From IMG/VR virus record IMGVR_UViG_2537561712_000020: a DNA stretch of 4,254 bases. One strand, written 5' to 3'. The translations under genes were made by a program, and so were the position numbers. Of this stretch, positions 1 to 4,254 are shown in pieces (positions within the stretch are counted from its first letter, which is position 1; the number at the start of each line of letters is the position of its first letter). Origin of the DNA: a virus. Its lineage: Duplodnaviria > Heunggongvirae > Uroviricota > Caudoviricetes. The notes beneath the pieces are model-generated. The model did no database searches. It saw nothing but the letters and a program-made list of their open reading frames with translations, and was not told the DNA's origin.

Positions 1-528
1 GAACGACGACTGTGACTGCACTGTGACCGCCACACTTTCAGTTTTAATTTCTTCCTGTGTTTCCGCTTCCCGGACTGGTAACGCAACACCTGCCGGCTGA
101 GGAAAGGCTTTACCATCGGTTTCCGTTACCGATGCAGCTTTCGGCTCTGCCGGTAAATTATCGCCCGGTATGCAGTAACGATATTTACCGTCCTGATTTA
201 CGCGAATCAGACGACCTTTGCTGACAGCCATCGCCAGTGATGAATTCGCCCGGCGGGAGGTAATCCCGAACATTAACGCCAGTTCGTCAGCCGACTGAGG
301 ACCATGCTGTTCAATCGCGTTAATCAGCATCTCTGCAGTGGTTTTTGGGGCCGCTTCAGTTGCCTCACTCGTCAGCCACCACATCGACCCCTTGTTATCA
401 GCTTCGCCACGACGCTTCAGCTTCCAGAGTTCGGTAACAGCATCGTCACGGCTGATTTCAAGACGGGCTGCAATCTCGTGCGACGAGGCTTTTTTCAGTG
501 CTTTCAGTGCGTCAAAAACGGTTTCCAT
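1..528 (-). CDS. Hypothetical protein with two winged-helix-like repeats, 5'-partial in window (start codon at 528-526, runs off the left edge; at least 176 codons)
   Basis: Not in the ORF track because it has no stop in the window. I checked every plus-strand triplet in this frame from 1 to 528 and found no TTA/CTA/TCA (minus-strand stops). ATG at 528-526 is preceded by GGGAGGAAAA (plus 536-545 reversed) about 5 nt upstream. Translation begins [52 protein letters not shown], then a second similar unit [44 protein letters not shown]. Sits directly downstream of the P-like gene, the position of ren in lambda. Function not recognised. Confidence 0.6.
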   Translation of the reverse strand, partial: METVFDALKALKKASSHEIAARLEISRDDAVTELWKLKRRGEADNKGSMWWLTSEATEAAPKTTAEMLINAIEQHGPQSADELALMFGITSRRANSSLAMAVSKGRLIRVNQDGKYRYCIPGDNLPAEPKAASVTETDGKAFPQPAGVALPVREAETQEEIKTESVAVTVQSQSSF

Positions 529-562
529 TAAATTTTCCTCCCGGTAAAAATTACTTCTCAAC

Positions 563-1024
563 TCAGACAAAACCGGCCGCCTTCCGGCGCTCATATTCCT
601 GTTTCAGCAATTCAATTGGCGTTGGCCCTGGCGGGCGTTTGGGTGCTGCCAGTTGTCGCCGGACTGGCGGAACACTGAGGCCATTACCAACATGCTTTGC
701 CCATTTCGTCAGCTGCCTTTCCACAAGCCGTTTTAACTCCCCTTCGGTCATCTGGCGCTCAATCCCCTTTGAACGCATCTCGAGGCAAATGTGGTACAGC
801 ACCGGCTGTGGCCACGGGTATTTATCACTCCCGTCGTACCGCCAGGATTCATTCCTCCAGCGACGGTACTCCTCCATCACGGCATCCACCGTCAGGCCAA
901 ATGGATTTGCCCCGCTCTCCGAAATCAACGCCACAAACTCAGCCAGATCCGGAGGCCACGTTTCACCCGCCCGGCAGCGGTCCATGCACTGACGGCAGAC
1001 CTGCCGGATTTGCTGTTCAGTCAT
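563..1024 (-). CDS. Replication protein P-like (putative replicative-helicase loader); start codon uncertain
   Basis: ORF-track frame 563..1228. The C-terminal two-thirds resemble lambda P as I recall it (EQQIRQV, YPW motif, [17 protein letters not shown] near the C-terminus). The start is placed at ATG 1024-1022 because on the minus strand it forms ATGACTGA with the TGA stop (1019-1017) of the upstream initiator gene, a classic coupling arrangement. Alternative in-frame starts are ATG 1105-1103 (GGGA about 5 nt upstream) and ATG 1228-1226, which would overlap the upstream gene by 88 or 212 nt. Confidence 0.6.
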   Translation of the reverse strand: MTEQQIRQVCRQCMDRCRAGETWPPDLAEFVALISESGANPFGLTVDAVMEEYRRWRNESWRYDGSDKYPWPQPVLYHICLEMRSKGIERQMTEGELKRLVERQLTKWAKHVGNGLSVPPVRRQLAAPKRPPGPTPIELLKQEYERRKAAGFV

Positions 1025-2057
1025 CGCGCCAATCTGAGCAATCCAGAGCTTCGAAGGTGCGGCCCCGTTCTTCTGGGTCCAGCGGTTCGAATACACCTCC
1101 CCCATGAGTTCCCACAGCTTCCAGGCCGTTTCCGTTGCTGATAAATCCGTTTTCACGTTCCCACTGTTCACGTGCTGCCCGAATTTCCTGAACTGCCCGT
1201 GATGCGGTGCCACCTGGTGCTGCTGCATGGTTTACCCCTTTGCTGACTGGTTTAACCTGCGCCCTGACGTGATTTACGTGACGGGCGAATTTCTGCTCCC
1301 ACTGAATCTGCGTAAACACTTTCCCCTCCGCTGCCCAGTAGTCCCGGAAGGCGGCAAGTTCAGCAGGTGTAAATTCTGTCTCCGGCAAAGCCATCCCCCA
1401 CAACGCAGCCCGTCGTCGAAAATCCCGTGACGGATACCAGCTATCGCTCATCGGGAATTTTCCGATGGGTTCGCTCAGGCCATACAGGAATACAGGGGGG
1501 GCTGCCTGTAACGACAAAACTTCCTGCTCACTGGTCGGAGCACTCTCGCGTGCGTTATGTGTGGGGTTTAGATCTTTGGGTTCCTTTGGGTTCCGTGATC
1601 CGTTTTTGGGTGTCTTTGATGGAAAATTTGGGTGTCTTTGGTTATTTTCCATGCAGCTAAGAGTTCTGTTTTTGGGTCTGTTTTGTGCTGAAACATAACC
1701 ATTTTCGGTACTGTTTTTATTAACAGCACCAATTTTACCCACCTTTAAAGACTCCCGTTTTTGGGTGTATTCAGGCTCGGCAACACTTTCTTCTACACCG
1801 ATAAGTCGGTACACCACAATTTGCTTTGTTCTGCCTTTTCTCTCACCGGTATCAACAATTAACCCAATCTCCATCAGGTGTCGTAAGCTGTCCTGCACAG
1901 TCTTTTTGTTCAGTTCCGTTACTTCTGCCAGTGCAGATACAGACGGGTATGCACACAAATCGGCACCGCACATATCAGCAAGCCAGGTCAATACTGACTT
2001 ACTGGATGAACTGCCGGTTTTCACCTTTTTAGCCCATCGTAGTGCATCGATACTCAT
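1017..2057 (-). CDS. Phage replication initiator / replisome organizer (lambda O analogue): N-terminal HTH DNA-binding domain, repeat-encoded Pro/Lys-rich linker, C-terminal DnaT-like region
   Basis: ORF-track frame 1017..2132. Start preferred at ATG 2057-2055 (MSIDALRWAKK...), preceded by AGGGGGG; the ATG at 2132 has no comparable signal. The N-terminus (KSVLTWLADMCGADLCAYPSVSALAEVTELNKKTVQDSLRHLMEIGLI) matches the pattern of replisome-organizer N-terminal HTH domains. The middle is low-complexity (PKNGSRNPKEPKDLNP) and is encoded by the repeat array. The C-terminal part (FTPAELAAFRDYWAAEGKVFTQIQWEQKFARHV) resembles DnaT-type C-terminal domains from memory. Overlaps the YdaT-like stop by 29 nt. 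Confidence 0.75.
   Translation of the reverse strand: MSIDALRWAKKVKTGSSSSKSVLTWLADMCGADLCAYPSVSALAEVTELNKKTVQDSLRHLMEIGLIVDTGERKGRTKQIVVYRLIGVEESVAEPEYTQKRESLKVGKIGAVNKNSTENGYVSAQNRPKNRTLSCMENNQRHPNFPSKTPKNGSRNPKEPKDLNPTHNARESAPTSEQEVLSLQAAPPVFLYGLSEPIGKFPMSDSWYPSRDFRRRAALWGMALPETEFTPAELAAFRDYWAAEGKVFTQIQWEQKFARHVNHVRAQVKPVSKGVNHAAAPGGTASRAVQEIRAAREQWERENGFISNGNGLEAVGTHGGGVFEPLDPEERGRTFEALDCSDWRDD
1564..1776. repeat. Phased direct-repeat (iteron-like) array plus AT-rich patch inside the initiator gene; candidate origin of replication
   Basis: Plus-strand TTTGGGT at starts 1575, 1585, 1605, 1627, 1671 and 1760, with spacings of 10, 20, 22, 44 and 89 bp. An exact 14-mer TTTGGGTGTCTTTG occurs at 1605-1618 and 1627-1640; related units are at 1669-1685 and 1757-1770. 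Positions 1690-1750 are about 68 percent AT. In lambda the origin lies inside gene O with iterons followed by an AT-rich segment. Confidence 0.6.
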
Positions 2058-2580
2058 ACGCCCCCCTGGCAGACATTTGTTTATCTGCAAAGTAATATTG
2101 GTATTGCTGACGATACGCGTGCTTGAAAGCAATAGCTTTTTCTATAAGCTCGTCAGTCTCACGTTCCACAACAACTGGATCCGCAAAAAGCAGCCCGGAC
2201 TCCACCACATCGCCATATTCTTTGTTTAACCCGGCGATCATGTACGTAATGCTTTTTCCGTCAGTAATTTCACAATACAATCTGAAATCGCTGATCCGGA
2301 TAGCCTCCATAATTGCCGGAATCAGCGCCGTGAATTTGTCACGCTTATCTCTGGTGTCGATAGCTTTCCAGCGTTCGAATATCTTCACCCGGTTAACGCC
2401 CAGCGCCCGTTGATCAACCTCGCCATCATTAAACGTGACGCGTTGAACATCGATGTTCGGGCGTTCTTTCAGAGCCCAGAATGCTTCCGTGATTAATATC
2501 GTCGCCTGCTCCTGTGTCATTCCTGGTCGGCATACCCAGGTATCCAGAGCCTCACAAACCTGTTCAGTGGTGATTTTCAT
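2029..2580 (-). CDS. YdaT-family protein (proposed CII-like regulator; earlier described as a prophage toxin)
   Basis: 182-codon ORF with ATG at 2580-2578. N-terminus MKITTEQVCEAL and the internal segment KFTALIPAIMEAI resemble Rac-prophage YdaT as I recall it. Lies immediately downstream of the Cro-like gene (17-nt overlap), the conserved ydaS-ydaT arrangement. Family assignment is from memory, not a search. Confidence 0.65.
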   Translation of the reverse strand: MKITTEQVCEALDTWVCRPGMTQEQATILITEAFWALKERPNIDVQRVTFNDGEVDQRALGVNRVKIFERWKAIDTRDKRDKFTALIPAIMEAIRISDFRLYCEITDGKSITYMIAGLNKEYGDVVESGLLFADPVVVERETDELIEKAIAFKHAYRQQYQYYFADKQMSARGAYEYRCTTMG

Positions 2581-2791
2581 TGTTCAACCGCCCCGCCCGC
2601 TTTGCCTTACGATATTCGTCATAAACTTTGGGGTCGTACTGAAGTTCCCCGCCGGATGCCTCTTGCAGGCGCATCGCGCGACCTTCAGGAACCAGTTCCC
2701 CCCATGCAGCAACGCTTGCCAGCCTAACTCCTGCGACATTGGCAAGCTTTGTTTTGCTGCCAAAAAACGCTATAGCATCAATTTTCAACAT
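2564..2791 (-). CDS. dicC: Cro-like HTH regulator of the DicC/YdaS family
   Basis: 75 aa; ATG at 2791-2789, AAGGG about 7 nt upstream. HTH-like segment GSKTKLANVAGVRLASVAAW. C-terminal half (LVPEGRAMRLQEASGGELQYDPKVYDEYRK...RLNNENH) matches my recollection of E. coli DicC. Divergent from the repressor gene across a 76-bp operator region. Confidence 0.8.
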   Translation of the reverse strand: MLKIDAIAFFGSKTKLANVAGVRLASVAAWGELVPEGRAMRLQEASGGELQYDPKVYDEYRKAKRAGRLNNENHH

Positions 2792-2867
2792 ATCGAAACC
2801 CTTAGATTTTCCTAAGGAAACTAGATCGTAGAGAAACCTAAGTCAAGAAAAATTAGAATTACCTAAT
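2792..2867. promoter_or_regulatory. Divergent control region with two operator-like palindromes (O1 2800-2817, O2 2852-2867) and back-to-back promoter candidates
   Basis: O1 is CCTTAG-ATTTTC-CTAAGG (perfect 6-bp arms). O2 is ATTAG-AATTAC-CTAAT. Minus-strand promoter candidate for the Cro-like gene: -35 TTGACT (plus 2841-2846), 17-bp spacer, -10 TAGTTT (plus 2818-2823), abutting O1. Plus-strand -10 candidate TAGAAT (2854-2859) lies inside O2 and ends 8 nt before the repressor ATG. Confidence 0.6.
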
Positions 2868-3275
2868 ATGAAAAACGAAACCTTCGGTGCTCGCCTCTTA
2901 TACAGGCGAAAAAAATTAAAACTGTCTCAGGCCGCATTAGGTAAGCTGGTCAAAGTGGCTCACGTAACAATTTCTCAATGGGAAAGAGATGAAACACAGC
3001 CAGCGGGGAAGAGATTATTCGCACTGAGCCAGGCGCTTCAGTGCTCGCCGACTTGGCTTCTTTTTGGAGATGAAGATAAGCAACCAGGCGAACCGATCCC
3101 AGATAATCAGCCAGTCAATCTGACAGAAGATCAAAAAGAGTTGCTTCAACTGTTCGACGCACTGCCTGAGTCAGAGCAAAAGGCTCTGTTGTCAGAGATG
3201 CGTGCTCGAGTTGAGAATTTCAACAAACTTTTTGAAGAACTACTCAAAGCTCGCAAAAGAAGCGCAAATAAATAA
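2868..3275 (+). CDS. dicA: DicA-like HTH (XRE-family) repressor; CI analogue with no S24 peptidase domain
   Basis: 135 aa. HTH segment LSQAALGKLVKVAHVTISQWERDE. Segments LFALSQALQCSPTWLLFGDEDKQP and ALPESEQKALLSEMRARVENFNKLFEELLKARKR match E. coli DicA as I remember it, including the 135-aa length. No Shine-Dalgarno sequence upstream of the ATG. Confidence 0.88.
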   Translation: MKNETFGARLLYRRKKLKLSQAALGKLVKVAHVTISQWERDETQPAGKRLFALSQALQCSPTWLLFGDEDKQPGEPIPDNQPVNLTEDQKELLQLFDALPESEQKALLSEMRARVENFNKLFEELLKARKRSANK

Positions 3276-3373
3276 CCCCCCTTTTTTTCGCAACTCTCTG
3301 TAATAAAAAGCACAAACTTTCAAATACTTGTGTTTTTTACATCAAGAAGCTTAGGTTTTTCTACACAAAAAGC

Positions 3374-3403
3374 TTGACCATAACTCTTAGGCTATTCTAA
3401 ATT
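3374..3403 (+). promoter_or_regulatory. Candidate rightward early promoter with embedded operator-like palindrome O3 (3386-3401)
   Basis: -35 TTGACC (3374-3379), 18-bp spacer, -10 TAAATT (3398-3403). O3 is CTTAG-GCTATT-CTAAA, the third copy of the TTAG-N6-CTAA core, sitting between the -35 and -10. Confidence 0.4.
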
Positions 3404-3616
3404 CTACTCATCAAGACACCGCACGGTGTTCTCAGCAAACAGTTCCGCTACCCGGCGTTAAGGGGAAGCAGAGGATTTCTCAGTGGGCGAGTCAAACATC
3501 AGAATGGAAGGCGTCCAGGGATCAGCAAAGAAACAGCGATGGCGCTTTATATTGATATCAGCGCCATTGCCGGACAGGTAAGAGTTATCAGAGCGGTAAC
3601 TAAGCGGTATGCGCCT

Positions 3617-3817
3617 TTACTTCAGAAAGTCTCTGGTGAGTGCACCGAAGATATTGTCAACGATTTCGTCATCGAACTGCGAGGACTCATCTTCAGTTAC
3701 AAGGTGACCACAATTTTTGCAGATGGCTCCCGCGAAACTGTCAGAGCCCTGCGGCTTAAAGGATGTGTCAAAGACTTCGCCACCACATTCTGGGCAAGAA
3801 AACTTGATTGTATTCAT
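3617..3817 (-). CDS. Small zinc-ribbon protein (CxxC-N21-CxxC) with acidic C-terminal tail; function unknown
   Basis: 66 aa from ATG 3817-3815: MNTIKFSCPECGGEVFDTSFKPQGSDSFAGAICKNCGHLVTEDESSQFDDEIVDNIFGALTRDFLK. GAGAGGAAA lies 8 nt upstream of this ATG; the TTG at 3823 used by the ORF track is too close to the SD. Codon usage is ordinary. The overlapping plus-strand 99-aa ORF (3539..3838) has no SD and 7 of its 8 Arg codons are AGA/CGG/CGA, so I treat that one as the antisense shadow. Confidence 0.6.
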   Translation of the reverse strand: MNTIKFSCPECGGEVFDTSFKPQGSDSFAGAICKNCGHLVTEDESSQFDDEIVDNIFGALTRDFLK

Positions 3818-3909
3818 AACCAATTTCCTCTCGAGTAACAGACCCCTCAGAGGATACCACCTCGCCTGACGTGGTTAAAAGCAGGCAACGCTAACCACAA
3901 GGAGCCGAC

Positions 3910-4128
3910 ATGCAGAAACGAGACCCCGTCATCATCGCGCCAGACTATACCGATGATGAACTTTATGAGTGGATGCACCAGAAAATTAATGCAGCGCAGG
4001 ATCTGAAATGGGCCAATGAAGCCAGGGCTAAGCAGGCTGAAAATCTGTCCGCTCTGGAGCAGGATATCACCAATCTGGAAAAAGCAGCGGCATTAAGCAT
4101 TGCCAGAATGATTACATACCCGCGTTAA
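3910..4128 (+). CDS. ydfC: YdfC-like small protein (Qin-prophage type), function unknown
   Basis: 72 aa, MQKRDPVIIAPDYTDDELYEWMHQKINAAQDLKWANEARAKQAENLSALEQDITNLEKAAALSIARMITYPR. AGGAG at 3900-3904 lies 5 nt before the ATG. Length and position downstream of dicA match K-12 ydfC. Symbol assigned from memory and synteny; treat as provisional. Confidence 0.7.
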   Translation: MQKRDPVIIAPDYTDDELYEWMHQKINAAQDLKWANEARAKQAENLSALEQDITNLEKAAALSIARMITYPR

Positions 4129-4254
4129 TAGCTAACCAACGAAGCTAAGGTTGGTAATTAAGGAGTTCTCCACGGGTGAGGTGGAGTGCGTGCGCCGGAC
4201 ACGGGTGAGCATACGGCACTGACAGTTTACTGAAAGGATATTTCTCTGAAAAGT

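Noticed and set aside
1564-1776. CRISPR array as an explanation for the direct repeats
   Set aside because: Repeat units are short (7-22 bp), imperfect, irregularly spaced at helical-turn multiples, and lie inside a coding region. They do not have the regular repeat-spacer pattern of roughly 28-37 bp repeats with unique spacers.
2058-2132. Upstream ATG at 2132 as the initiator start (MLSSTRIVSNTNITLQINKCLPGGR...)
   Set aside because: It would extend the overlap with the YdaT-like gene to over 100 nt and add an N-terminal extension that does not look protein-like, whereas ATG 2057 is preceded by a G-rich SD.
304-2815. Plus-strand ORFs in the track (304..531, 338..547, 498..992, 697..1107, 791..1141, 1227..1430, 1427..1660, 1465..1698, 1765..2229, 1826..2032, 2123..2413, 2453..2815)
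   Set aside because: All lie antisense to the contiguous minus-strand operon, whose products have recognisable domains and coupled starts and stops. Their translations are low-complexity or Ser/Arg/Cys-rich and I saw no ribosome-binding site for any of them.
3273-3290. C6-T7 tract right after the repressor stop codon as an intrinsic terminator
   Set aside because: No upstream G-rich segment is available to pair with the C-run, so there is no stem. A homopolymer tract alone is not a terminator.
3821-3823. TTG start for the zinc-ribbon gene, as in the ORF track (MVMNT...)
   Set aside because: The SD core AGGA would be only 2 nt from this TTG. The in-frame ATG two codons downstream (3817-3815) has the optimal 8-nt spacing.
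3539-3838. Plus-strand 99-aa ORF overlapping the zinc-ribbon gene
   Set aside because: No Shine-Dalgarno sequence before its ATG, 7 of 8 Arg codons are rare (AGA x4, CGG x2, CGA x1), and its second codon positions coincide with those of the minus-strand gene, the frame in which antisense shadows typically stay open.
3276-3909. LexA (SOS) box near the zinc-ribbon gene or the rightward promoter
   Set aside because: No CTGT-N8-ACAG match found by eye. The nearest, CTGT-AATAAAAA-GCAC at about 3298-3313, fails on the right half-site.
4129-4254. DicF sRNA expected downstream of ydfC
   Set aside because: The DicF sequence as I remember it (beginning UUUCUGGUGACG...) is not present in the window. 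It may lie beyond 4254 or be absent from this element.

Overview
This window reads as the immunity and replication core of a lambdoid (Qin/DicA-type) prophage, probably from an enterobacterium. All protein-family assignments are from reading the translations and recalling known families; no database search was run. The minus strand carries an early-right-type operon running right to left: a Cro-like DicC/YdaS-family gene, a YdaT-family gene, an O-like replication initiator, a P-like helicase loader, and a further gene that runs off the left edge and is absent from the ORF track. The initiator gene contains an array of phased direct repeats plus an AT-rich patch, which I interpret as the origin of replication. 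On the plus strand sits a DicA-like HTH repressor, divergent from the Cro-like gene across a 76-bp control region. A palindrome of form TTAG-N6-CTAA occurs three times in the window by eye scan, all in predicted promoter regions flanking the repressor gene. Downstream of the repressor is a 340-bp non-coding stretch, a small zinc-ribbon gene on the opposite strand, and a YdfC-like gene. I found no rRNA, tRNA, CRISPR array, transposase or integrase, and no recognisable defence system. The most unusual element is the convergent zinc-ribbon gene in the repressor-proximal position.
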